From: Christensenella sp. UBA4626
Lineage (GTDB): Bacteria > Bacillota > Clostridia > Christensenellales > UBA1242
DNA length: 64,000 nucleotides
Assembly: GCA_002406115.1 (NCBI GenBank)
Contig: DHNC01000035.1
Coordinates: forward strand, 23,349 to 87,348
Direction of reading: 5' to 3'
Shown here: in pieces, positions 19,760 to 28,375 of the stretch
Position numbering within the stretch: position 1 is the first letter of the stretch
Layout: every line of letters starts with the position of its first letter
The notes under the pieces: generated by a model
Told to the model about the DNA's origin: nothing
Databases searched by the model: none
What the model saw: the letters and a program-made list of their open reading frames with translations, nothing else
Position numbers and translations under genes: made by a program

Positions 19760-19804
19760 TGAATAAAATTCCAATCTCATCATAAAATAAATTAGGGGGT
19801 AAAT

Positions 19805-19957
19805 ATGAAATTTAAATCCGATTTAGCAAATGAATATTATTTGTCATTTCTCCGTACGGGTAACCCTTGTTTTTATGTGCTTGCCGCAGATTTTGAAAAG
19901 ACCGAAACTTTGCGTGAGCAGGTTTTGAGTGAGGCGGAAAATAGTTTAAGTCTTTAA
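19805..19957 (+). CDS. Small YqzL-like protein (50 aa, below the ORF-track cutoff)
   Basis: ATG preceded by the strong SD AGGGGG. Encodes MKFKSDLANEYYLSFLRTGNPCFYVLAADFEKTETL.... Sits between era and recO exactly like B. subtilis yqzL. Confidence 0.55.
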   Translation: MKFKSDLANEYYLSFLRTGNPCFYVLAADFEKTETLREQVLSEAENSLSL

Positions 19958-19961
19958 AATT

Positions 19962-20636
19962 ATGGATACAAAAGTTAAAGGTATAATCTTAAAACTGACT
20001 GACTATAAGGAAGCGGACAAACTTGCTTCCATTTTTAGTTTGGAGCAGGGTATAATCACTGCAAATTTTAGAGGTGTAAAAAAGGAAAAATCTAAATTAA
20101 AATCCTCTTGTATGCCGTTCACTTTTGCCGAGTTTAATATCAACAAAACAGGTGCAACAAGGACAGTTACGAGCGTAAACGTACTTGACGGTTTTTATGG
20201 CTTAACAATGGATTATAACAAAACAATTTTTGGATATATTGTGCTGGATATCATCAAAACCATTTTGCCACCCGAAAAGCAAGAGCCGGATTTGTTTGTC
20301 ATCACCCTCAATGCGTTAAAACAAATTGAAACAGAACAGCCTTGCGAGGCTTTGGTGTCATTTATCATCAAATTTATTGATTTCAGTGGCATGACACTCA
20401 ACTTTGACCACACAAATATTGTTTATCTTGACCGCACGACGGGCGAGTTTGTTTCAAGTGCAAATTTTGCCACCATGCAGATTGACAAAAAGGTTTATTC
20501 TTTCCTTAAATCGGTTGCATTAAATCAGCAAGGCGAAACCTATTCCGACACAATAAAAAAGCAGGCCTTACGCTTGCTAAATTTGATTTTGAAATGCAAA
20601 TTTAATGCGAAAATCAAGGCTTTTGAATTTGTTTAA
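19962..20636 (+). CDS. recO: DNA repair protein RecO
   Basis: 224 aa with an N-terminal OB-fold pattern (KGIILKLTDYKEADKLASIFS). Synteny after era. Confidence 0.85.
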   Translation: MDTKVKGIILKLTDYKEADKLASIFSLEQGIITANFRGVKKEKSKLKSSCMPFTFAEFNINKTGATRTVTSVNVLDGFYGLTMDYNKTIFGYIVLDIIKTILPPEKQEPDLFVITLNALKQIETEQPCEALVSFIIKFIDFSGMTLNFDHTNIVYLDRTTGEFVSSANFATMQIDKKVYSFLKSVALNQQGETYSDTIKKQALRLLNLILKCKFNAKIKAFEFV

Positions 20637-20688
20637 ACCAAGTTTATAAATTTTTACAATTTTTATCATAAAAACTTCTATTTAAATA

Positions 20689-20717
20689 TTGACAAATCAC
20701 ACTTTTGTGCATATAAT
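20689..20717 (+). promoter_or_regulatory. Consensus sigma-A promoter (TTGACA-17-TATAAT)
   Basis: Perfect hexamers at 20689-20694 and 20712-20717, upstream of the WG-repeat gene. Confidence 0.65.
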
Positions 20718-20740
20718 CAAAGCGTAAAAAGGAGTTTTAT

Positions 20741-22015
20741 ATGGGTTTATTGACAAAATTAAGTATGAAATTGAAATCATACAAAGAAGACTATTTTGAT
20801 TTTGAAGCCGCAACAGATAAAGGCGACGTAAAAATAGTTTGCAAAGATGAAAAATACGGTTTGCTTGATGCACAAAAACGTAAATTGATTACACAACTTG
20901 ATTACAACGAAATTTATGAAATTGATACAGATGTGTATGTTGCTGAAAAAGGTGGCAAAAAAGGCGTCATTGATGGTAAAGGCGAAGTCATCCTCCCAAT
21001 GATGTACGATACAATCAGCATGGCATCAAACAATCTTTTCAGTGTTGGCACATATGATAGCGTTAAAAGAGAATTTTCTTACACATTGGTTGATTTTAAC
21101 AACAAAACAGTAACAGATTTGACTTTCGACTTCCCAGTTAGTTTTCATTTTAACTATGCAATTGTAACAAAAAACGGCAAGTGGGGCACAATTTATGAAG
21201 CAAAAATGGCAGAAGGCATAAAAATCAGACCTGCTGCGCCTATCATTTACACCGACATTAGAGGCAAAATTTTTGATGGCTTGCTTGCTGTTAAACTTGA
21301 CAAAAAATATGGTTATATTGATTTGGAAGGTGACACTATTATTCCTTTCAAATTTGATATGGCTTCTGAATTTGAAAATGGCTATGCTTCTGTTTCTCAA
21401 TTGGGCAAAATGGGCAAAATTGACACCGAAGGCAAAAAAGTTGTTCCTTGCCGTTATGATTACGTTGAACCATTCGACGAAAATGGCCTTGCAGCAGTTG
21501 CTATTGACGGCAGATTTGGCTATGTAAACAAAAAAGGTAAGGAAGTTGTCCCTTGTTCAACAAAGGCTCGTGTTGGTGGCTGTGATGAAGAATTTAATCT
21601 GAGCATTTTAAGCCTTGAAAATGCGTATAAAGATCAAAAGAATACAATCAATTCAAAAACTGGCAAAAGCAAACTTGAAAAAGAGTATAACAAGGAAATC
21701 AAATTGATGTACCAAGCAAGGGAAACTTATTTGGCTTACATCAAAAAAGTTGAACAAAAACAAGCAGAAATTGAAAAATTCCGCAGCGATTATGTTGAAG
21801 CAATTGTATCTAAAAACAAAGGTAAAACAACCGAAGCAGAAGTTAAATCAGAAGAGGAAACAACTGCTGAAACAGTTGTTGAGCCAGTTGAAGAAGCAAA
21901 AACTGAAACAACAGAAATTGTTATCCCAGAATTTAACCCAGCAGAAGAGTTGGTAAACCCTGATGAAGAAGATGTTCAAGAAGTTCCAGCAGACGAACTC
22001 AAAACAAATGACTAA
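20741..22015 (+). CDS. WG (KWG)-repeat protein with acidic C-terminal tail
   Basis: Repeated K(Y/W)G(x)ID..G..(I/V)(I/V)P..YD units (KYGLLD, KKGVIDGKGEVILPMMYD, KWGTI, KYGYIDLEGDTIIPFKFD, KMGKIDTEGKKVVPCRYD, RFGYVNKKGKEVVPC). Confidence 0.75.
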   Translation: MGLLTKLSMKLKSYKEDYFDFEAATDKGDVKIVCKDEKYGLLDAQKRKLITQLDYNEIYEIDTDVYVAEKGGKKGVIDGKGEVILPMMYDTISMASNNLFSVGTYDSVKREFSYTLVDFNNKTVTDLTFDFPVSFHFNYAIVTKNGKWGTIYEAKMAEGIKIRPAAPIIYTDIRGKIFDGLLAVKLDKKYGYIDLEGDTIIPFKFDMASEFENGYASVSQLGKMGKIDTEGKKVVPCRYDYVEPFDENGLAAVAIDGRFGYVNKKGKEVVPCSTKARVGGCDEEFNLSILSLENAYKDQKNTINSKTGKSKLEKEYNKEIKLMYQARETYLAYIKKVEQKQAEIEKFRSDYVEAIVSKNKGKTTEAEVKSEEETTAETVVEPVEEAKTETTEIVIPEFNPAEELVNPDEEDVQEVPADELKTND

Positions 22016-22146
22016 TTTCATATAGGAAGATAGTTAGATTTAAAATATAGATTAAAAGACAACTGATTTAAGCAAACGCTATCAAATTAGTTGCCTTTTT
22101 TTTTGACGTTTTGTATCATATAAGGGTAAAATTTAAAAGGAGATTT

Positions 22147-24789
22147 ATGAAAAAGTACGTTTACTTATTCAGCGAAGGCGACGCCTCAATGCGTGAATTG
22201 CTTGGCGGTAAAGGCGCAAACCTTGCTGAAATGACAAAAATCGGTTTGCCAGTGCCACAAGGCTTTACAATTTCAACCGAAGCCTGCACACAATACTACG
22301 AAGATGGCAGACAAATCAACGCTGGTATTCAAGCAGAAATTATGGAATACATTGCCAAAATGGAAAAAATCACTGGCAAAAAGTTCGGTGATAAAGAAAA
22401 TCCATTGTTGGTTTCAGTTCGTTCTGGCGCTAGGGCATCTATGCCTGGTATGATGGACACAATTTTGAACCTCGGCTTGAATGATGAAGTTGTTGAAACT
22501 TTGTCACGCAAAAGCGGCAACCCTCGTTGGGCATATGACTGCTACCGCAGATTTATCCAAATGTTCAGTGACGTTGTTATGGAAGTTGGCAAAAAATATT
22601 TTGAAAAACTTATCGACCAACTTAAAGAACGTAAAGGCTACACATCTGACCTTGACATGGACGCAAATGACTTAAAAGAACTTGCAAACGAATTTAAGGC
22701 AGAATACAAAAAGCAATTGGGCAAAGACTTCCCAGTTGACCCAAAAGAACAACTTTTTGAAGCAATCAAAGCAGTATTCCGCAGTTGGGATAACCCACGT
22801 GCAAACATCTATCGTATGGATCACGACATTCCATATAGTTGGGGTACAGCAGTCAACGTTCAAATGATGGCTTTCGGCAATATGGGCGAAACATCTGGTA
22901 CAGGCGTTGCATTCACACGTAACCCAGCCACAGGTGAAAAAGGCTTGATGGGCGAATTTTTGATGAACGCACAAGGCGAAGACGTTGTTGCCGGCGTGCG
23001 CACTCCAATGCCAATCAGCAAAATGGCAGAAATTTTGCCAGAATGTTATGAACAATTTAAACAAATTTGCAACACTCTTGAACATCACTATCGTGATATG
23101 CAAGATATGGAATTTACAATTGAAGATAAAAAACTTTATATGCTTCAAACCCGTAACGGCAAACGTACTGCTGCCGCTGCAATCAAAATTGCTTGCGATT
23201 TGATTGACGAGGGTATGATTAGCGAAAAAGAAGCATTGATGCAAATTGATGCTAAATCTCTCGATATGCTTTTGCACCCACAATTTGACGCAGAAGCACT
23301 TAAAAATGCCGATAAATACAATGTTGTTGGCAAAGGTATCGCTGCAAGCCCAGGCGCTGCTGCTGGTACAATCGTGTTCACCGCAGAAGACGCTGTAAAA
23401 GAGGGCAAAGCAGGCAAAAAAGTTGTGCTTGTTCGTCTTGAAACCAGCCCAGAAGATATCGAAGGTATGAAATTCAGCCAAGGTATCTTAACCGTTCGTG
23501 GTGGTCAAACATCTCACGCTGCCGTTGTTGCTCGTGGTATGGGCACTTGCTGCGTTTCTGGTTGTGGCGACATCAAAATGGATGAAGAAAACAAATGCTT
23601 CACACTTGCTGGCAAAGTTTTCCACGAAGGCGACGCATTGTCACTTGATGGTACAAGCGGCAAAATCTATGATTGCATTATCAAAACTGTTCCTGCTGAC
23701 CCTAACAGCGGTTATTTCGGCCGCATTATGCGTTTGGCAGACAAATATAAAGCACTTGGCGTAAAAACAAATGCTGACACTCCAAAAGACGCTCAACGTG
23801 CAGCAGAACTTGGCGCTCAAGGCATTGGTTTGTGTCGTACAGAGCATATGTTCTTTGACCCAGCACGTATTGGCGCATTCCGTGAAATGATTTGTGCCGA
23901 CACTGTTGAAGAACGTGAACACGCTCTTGCAAAAATCGAACCTATGCAACAAGCAGACTTTGAAGGTTTGATGGAAGCTCTTAAAGGTCAACCTGTTACA
24001 ATCCGTTTCTTGGATCCACCTCTTCACGAATTTGTTCCAACAAGTGAAGAAGATATTGAAGCCCTTGCAAAAACACAAGGCAAAACAGTTGCTCAAATCA
24101 AACAACTTATTGCAGATTTGCACGAATTTAACCCAATGATGGGTCACCGTGGTTGCCGTTTGGCAGTTACTTACCCAGAAATTGCCATCATGCAAACAAG
24201 AGCAGTTATCAAGGCTGCAATTGCTGTTCAAAATCGTCATCCTGATTGGAAAGTTGTTCCAGAAATTATGATTCCACTTGTTGGCGAAATTAAGGAACTT
24301 CAATTTGTTAAACGTGTTGTCGTTGACACAGCAGACAAGGTTATTGCAGAGGCAAAATCTAACCTTAAATACGAAGTTGGCACAATGATTGAAATCCCAC
24401 GTGCCGCTTTGACCGCCGACGAAATCGCAAAAGACGCTGATTTCTTCTGTTTCGGTACAAACGACTTGACACAAATGACATTCGGTTTCAGCCGTGACGA
24501 TGCTGGCAAATTCTTGCCTTCATACTACGCAAACAAAATTTACGAAAGCGACCCATTTGCTCGTCTTGACACTAACGGCGTTGGTAAACTTATGGAACTT
24601 TCAATCCAACTTGGCAAATCAACAAATCCAAAACTTCACACAGGTATCTGTGGTGAACATGGTGGCGACCCTTCAAGTATTGAATTCTGCCACAAAATTG
24701 GTCTTGACTATGTAAGTTGCTCACCATACCGCGTTCCAATCGCAAGGCTCGCCGCCGCTCAAGCCAACATTAAATTTCCAAGGAAATAA
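22147..24789 (+). CDS. ppdK: Pyruvate, phosphate dikinase
   Basis: 880 aa with LGGKGANLAEM, phospho-His region GGQTSHAAVVARG and GLCRTEHMF. ATG 22147 follows the SD AAGGAG. Confidence 0.95.
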   Translation: MKKYVYLFSEGDASMRELLGGKGANLAEMTKIGLPVPQGFTISTEACTQYYEDGRQINAGIQAEIMEYIAKMEKITGKKFGDKENPLLVSVRSGARASMPGMMDTILNLGLNDEVVETLSRKSGNPRWAYDCYRRFIQMFSDVVMEVGKKYFEKLIDQLKERKGYTSDLDMDANDLKELANEFKAEYKKQLGKDFPVDPKEQLFEAIKAVFRSWDNPRANIYRMDHDIPYSWGTAVNVQMMAFGNMGETSGTGVAFTRNPATGEKGLMGEFLMNAQGEDVVAGVRTPMPISKMAEILPECYEQFKQICNTLEHHYRDMQDMEFTIEDKKLYMLQTRNGKRTAAAAIKIACDLIDEGMISEKEALMQIDAKSLDMLLHPQFDAEALKNADKYNVVGKGIAASPGAAAGTIVFTAEDAVKEGKAGKKVVLVRLETSPEDIEGMKFSQGILTVRGGQTSHAAVVARGMGTCCVSGCGDIKMDEENKCFTLAGKVFHEGDALSLDGTSGKIYDCIIKTVPADPNSGYFGRIMRLADKYKALGVKTNADTPKDAQRAAELGAQGIGLCRTEHMFFDPARIGAFREMICADTVEEREHALAKIEPMQQADFEGLMEALKGQPVTIRFLDPPLHEFVPTSEEDIEALAKTQGKTVAQIKQLIADLHEFNPMMGHRGCRLAVTYPEIAIMQTRAVIKAAIAVQNRHPDWKVVPEIMIPLVGEIKELQFVKRVVVDTADKVIAEAKSNLKYEVGTMIEIPRAALTADEIAKDADFFCFGTNDLTQMTFGFSRDDAGKFLPSYYANKIYESDPFARLDTNGVGKLMELSIQLGKSTNPKLHTGICGEHGGDPSSIEFCHKIGLDYVSCSPYRVPIARLAAAQANIKFPRK

Positions 24790-24811
24790 TAGTACTTTAA
24801 TATAAAACACA

Positions 24812-24840
24812 AAAAATCTCTCATAACGAGAGATTTTTTC
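24812..24840 (+). terminator. Intrinsic terminator after ppdK
   Basis: AAAAATCTCTC/GAGAGATTTTT stem with a T-run. Confidence 0.75.
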
Positions 24841-24954
24841 ATTTTATTTTCTTTAATGAAGAGGATTTGAATAAATCCGAGCATCAAGGGATATCAATAA
24901 AACAACAATTTGACAAACTAATTAAATAAATTTGGAAAATATTTGCAAAATGGG

Positions 24955-24983
24955 TTGATTTTTTATTTTTTTTCATATATACT
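24955..24983 (+). promoter_or_regulatory. Candidate sigma-A promoter for the tRNA pair (TTGATT-17-TATACT)
   Basis: Hexamers at 24955-24960 and 24978-24983, about 40 nt upstream of tRNA-Cys. Confidence 0.45.
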
Positions 24984-25021
24984 AATAGAGTTTTAAGCAC
25001 CGATGTGGAGCAATTTTATAT

Positions 25022-25096
25022 GGCACCATCGCCAAGTGGTAAGGCAAAGGTCTGCAAAACCTTCACTCACCAGTTCAAATCTGGTTGGTGCCTCCA
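25022..25096 (+). tRNA. tRNA-Cys (GCA), CCA encoded
   Basis: Folded by hand. Acceptor GGCACCA/TGGTGCC, anticodon arm AAGGT-CTGCAAA-ACCTT, T arm ACCAG-TTCAAAT-CTGGT, discriminator U, then CCA. Confidence 0.9.
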
Positions 25097-25168
25097 TCCC
25101 GCAAGGGAATACATATGAATAACCCGAAGTGGCGAAAAATCCTTCACCACGTCGGACAACCTTAATAT

Positions 25169-25254
25169 CCCGAAGTGGCGAAATGGCAGACGCACAAGAC
25201 TCAAAATCTTGCGATAGCAATATCATGTCGGTTCGACCCCGACCTTCGGGACCA
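25169..25254 (+). tRNA. tRNA-Leu (CAA), long variable arm, CCA encoded
   Basis: Acceptor CCCGAAG/CTTCGGG, anticodon arm CAAGA-CTCAAAA-TCTTG, T arm GTCGG-TTCGACC-CCGAC, discriminator A, then CCA. Confidence 0.9.
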
Positions 25255-25260
25255 ATCGAA

Positions 25261-25291
25261 AACACAAGTTTATGCAACTTGTGTTTTTTTT
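25261..25291 (+). terminator. Intrinsic terminator after tRNA-Leu
   Basis: AACACAAGTT/AACTTGTGTT stem followed by a T-run. Confidence 0.75.
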
Positions 25292-25401
25292 GTATTTTTA
25301 AAAGTAGGAAAAGTAAGAAAAAATTTACTTTGTGGTTGTTTTGCTTGACTTGGGGTGGAATATTGCGGTAGAGTGGACGTATAAGATATAAGGAGAGATT
25401 T

Positions 25402-25623
25402 ATGGCAAAGAAAAGTGAAAAACAGGACAAATTTTTGTGGACTGTAAAAGTGAGTGAAAAAGGGCAGATTGTTATCCCAAAGCAGGCTAGGGAAGAGTTT
25501 GATATTAAAGAGGGCGACACACTTTTGTTGCTTGGTGACAAGGCAAAAGGCATTGCCATTGCAAAATATGATGATTATTTAAAGTTTGCGGAAGCAATTT
25601 TTAAGGCAAATAAGGGGGAATAG
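25402..25623 (+). CDS. AbrB/SpoVT-family DNA-binding protein
   Basis: 73 aa with VSEKGQIVIPKQAREEFDIKEGDTLLLL (looped-hinge helix motif). Abuts the ABC ATPase start. Confidence 0.8.
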   Translation: MAKKSEKQDKFLWTVKVSEKGQIVIPKQAREEFDIKEGDTLLLLGDKAKGIAIAKYDDYLKFAEAIFKANKGE

Positions 25624-26340
25624 ATGTTAGAAATCAAAAATTTAACCAAAAAATATGGCGAAAAGGTGGCTGTTGACGATTTAAGTTTAACTGTCCAAAC
25701 TGGGCAAATTTGCGCTTTTATCGGTCACAACGGTGCGGGCAAAACCACCACTTTAAAGGCAATTGCTGGCATTTTGAATTTTGAGCAAGGTGAAATCAAA
25801 ATTGACGGCATTGATGTGAAGAAAAATCCAATGGAAGCAAAACGGATTTTGGCGTATTTGCCGGATAATCCGGACTTGTATGAATATTTAACCGGCATTG
25901 AATACCTCAATTTTATTGCCAACATTTTCAAAATGAGCGAAAGCGACCGCAAGCAAAAAATAGAGGAGTATGCAAAGCGAATCGGCATTTTTGATGCACT
26001 TCAAAATCCAATTTCCTCATATAGCCACGGGATGAAGCAAAAGTTGGCGCTCGTATCCGCACTTATTCACAGCCCACGTCTGTTGCTTTTGGATGAGCCT
26101 TTTGTCGGTCTTGACCCAATCAGCAGCCACGAAATGAAGTTGATTATGCAAGAAATGGCAAAGAATGGGGCAACAATTTTCTATTCCACACACGTTTTGG
26201 ATGTGGCAGAAAAAATTTGCGACCAAGTTGCAATAATTAAGCAGGGCAAACTGGTTGTGTTTGGCAAAATGGAAGAAGTGAAGGGTATGCAAAGCCTTGA
26301 AAATGTGTTCTTGGAGTTGGAAAATGACAAACACGATTAA
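25624..26340 (+). CDS. ABC transporter ATP-binding protein
   Basis: GHNGAGKTT Walker A, YSHGMKQK signature and LLLLDEP Walker B. Confidence 0.9.
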   Translation: MLEIKNLTKKYGEKVAVDDLSLTVQTGQICAFIGHNGAGKTTTLKAIAGILNFEQGEIKIDGIDVKKNPMEAKRILAYLPDNPDLYEYLTGIEYLNFIANIFKMSESDRKQKIEEYAKRIGIFDALQNPISSYSHGMKQKLALVSALIHSPRLLLLDEPFVGLDPISSHEMKLIMQEMAKNGATIFYSTHVLDVAEKICDQVAIIKQGKLVVFGKMEEVKGMQSLENVFLELENDKHD

Positions 26341-27916
26341 CCTGACAAAAATCTATATAAAAGAAACTTTAAGCCGCACATTCAACATAAAAGGCAAAAA
26401 AAAATTTAGTTCCACAGCACTTATAATCAGCCTATTGTTTTTACTTGTGGCATTCAGTATGGGCTACAATATGTACCTCATGGCAAAAAGTATGAATGCG
26501 TTCGGCTTTGCAAAAAATATTCTTTTGGTGGGCAGCGTTTTTAGTGCTTTTATGGTGCTAATGCTCACGATAACTGACACGCAAGGCTATTTTTACAAAA
26601 CCAAAGACTTTGAAATGCTTTCTAGTCTGCCGCTAAAACAAAGCGAAATTGTTGTCTCAAAATTGTTGAGTTCGTATTTAATTACGACGATTTATTCTTC
26701 AATGATTTTGCTGCCAACATTCGTCGTCTATTTCATATTTTGCAAAATTACAGTGGCAAATGTTGTGTTTGCTTTGCTTGCGTTGTTGCTTGCACCGGCA
26801 TTCAGTCAATTGCTGTGCAGCGTGTTTGCTTGGGCAATCAATGCAATATCTTCAAAAATGAAAAACAAAATGCTTATGCGCAGCATTTTAAGCGTTATCT
26901 TTGCAATTGGCATAACAGTTGTCATCTATTTTGCCAACAGCAACACAATGACCGCTATGCTTTCAGTGGAAACTCCATTGTGGTTTAAAATTGTGTTTCC
27001 GTTTGCACATTTCCTTCAAAAGGCAATGAGCGAAAGCTCAATTTTGCAGTTCCTGATTTTTGTTGCAATATGCTTGGCATATATGTCGGTTACAATTGCC
27101 ATAATCATGTTGGGTTACAACCGCATAAACAAAAACTTGCTTGTTACAACCTCAAAAAAACCAGTCAAACAAAAGCCGATAATTTACAAGCAAAAATCGG
27201 TTGTAAGTTCACTTTTGGCTAGGGAAGCACGTGGTTTTGTGATGAGCCCGACCTATCTTATGAACGGCATCATGGGGCCTTTGCTTGCGATTGTGCTTTC
27301 GTTTATGATGTACGGCATTTACAAATCTGTGCCAGCAACTGACCCAATTGTTGTCAGCATTTTTGTGGCGTTAGAAGTTTTCACAGTTCCACTTTGCCTT
27401 GGCATTGCACCAACAACCTCAGTTTCAATTTCAATGGAAGGCACAAAGTTTTTAAATTTAAAGAGTATGCCGGTGCGTTTTAAGGACATCGCTATAAGCA
27501 AAATTTTATTCAATTTATTGCTCAACTTGCCGTGTTTGCTTGTTGGCGAAATCGGATTTTGTCTGCTATTTAAACCAGGCATTGTTTTGAGTTTGATGAT
27601 AATCATTTTTAGCGTGATTTATCTGTTTATGTGTTCAGGTTTGGGCTTGCTTATCAACTTGCGTTTCCCAAAACTAAACTGGACAAACGAAGCCCAAGCG
27701 TCAAAACAAGGTTTGAGTCTGCTTATCACAATGTTTATCGACATGGCAATTTGCCTGTTCCCAATGATTTTATACTTCGCCTTGGCTGAAAAAATTGCAA
27801 CGTTCGGATTGGCACTTTACATCGGTCTATTCACAATTCCGGTTGCACTTGCATCCGTTGCAATCTACATTCTTTTGGCAACCATCGGCAACAAACTCTA
27901 TCAAAAAATCAATTAA
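26324..27916 (+). CDS. Multi-pass membrane protein, putative ABC exporter permease
   Basis: About 530 aa with more than 10 hydrophobic segments. ATG 26324 follows GGAG and overlaps the ATPase stop. Confidence 0.65.
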   Translation: MTNTINLTKIYIKETLSRTFNIKGKKKFSSTALIISLLFLLVAFSMGYNMYLMAKSMNAFGFAKNILLVGSVFSAFMVLMLTITDTQGYFYKTKDFEMLSSLPLKQSEIVVSKLLSSYLITTIYSSMILLPTFVVYFIFCKITVANVVFALLALLLAPAFSQLLCSVFAWAINAISSKMKNKMLMRSILSVIFAIGITVVIYFANSNTMTAMLSVETPLWFKIVFPFAHFLQKAMSESSILQFLIFVAICLAYMSVTIAIIMLGYNRINKNLLVTTSKKPVKQKPIIYKQKSVVSSLLAREARGFVMSPTYLMNGIMGPLLAIVLSFMMYGIYKSVPATDPIVVSIFVALEVFTVPLCLGIAPTTSVSISMEGTKFLNLKSMPVRFKDIAISKILFNLLLNLPCLLVGEIGFCLLFKPGIVLSLMIIIFSVIYLFMCSGLGLLINLRFPKLNWTNEAQASKQGLSLLITMFIDMAICLFPMILYFALAEKIATFGLALYIGLFTIPVALASVAIYILLATIGNKLYQKIN

Positions 27917-27965
27917 AAACAGCAAATGATTTAAACTGATGTTAGCATAAATTAGGTGCAATATT

Positions 27966-27997
27966 AAAAAATGACTATGTTCTTGTAGTCATTTTTT
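27966..27997. terminator. Bidirectional terminator between convergent genes
   Basis: AAAAAATGACTA/TAGTCATTTTTT stem, flanked by A-run and T-run. Confidence 0.7.
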
Positions 27998-28027
27998 AAT
28001 TATAGCAAACTTAATAAAACGTTTTCT

Positions 28028-28375
28028 TTATTTTAATTTAACTTTTATTGCAAGCACGCCATAGTGCTTTTCATTTTCGGTGGAGTAGAACTCGTGATAA
28101 ATTTTTTCAACTTGGCTGGCATTCAAACCATCAAATCCAACTTGGGGCAATGGCAAACTGTTTGTCATTTGTTTGAATGAGTTAAAATGTAACAAATCTT
28201 TAACAACGACTTCAATTGTTTGGTTTTTGTCGGCTTGATTTGCAAAAATAATGCAATCACCAACCTTAATTTTTTGGCGTTTTTCATCATTCAGCCTAAT
28301 TTCAAAAATCTTTGTTCCGTCTTTGATTTTTTCGAAGTAAATTGGTTGCAAATTCATGATATGTGTCATATGCAC
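28028..28375 (-). CDS. ASCH-domain (PUA-like fold) protein
   Basis: The N-terminus LQPIYFEKIKDGTKIFEIRLNDEKRQKIKVGDCIIF fits the ASCH beta-barrel pattern. Exact start unclear (GTG 28375, ATG 28369 or ATG 28357). Confidence 0.6.
   Translation of the reverse strand: MHMTHIMNLQPIYFEKIKDGTKIFEIRLNDEKRQKIKVGDCIIFANQADKNQTIEVVVKDLLHFNSFKQMTNSLPLPQVGFDGLNASQVEKIYHEFYSTENEKHYGVLAIKVKLK

Noticed and set aside
22672-24474. Long antisense ORFs inside ppdK (269 aa at 22672-23481 and 277 aa at 23641-24474, minus strand)
   Set aside because: They lie fully within a strongly supported, motif-rich ppdK frame. Their translations are Cys/Phe-rich low-quality sequence without motifs or an SD, typical of shadow ORFs.
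24993-25559. 188-aa minus-strand ORF and 80-aa plus-strand ORF across the tRNA region
   Set aside because: They overlap two well-folding tRNA genes, a terminator and the promoter region of the AbrB-like gene. There is no SD and no motifs.
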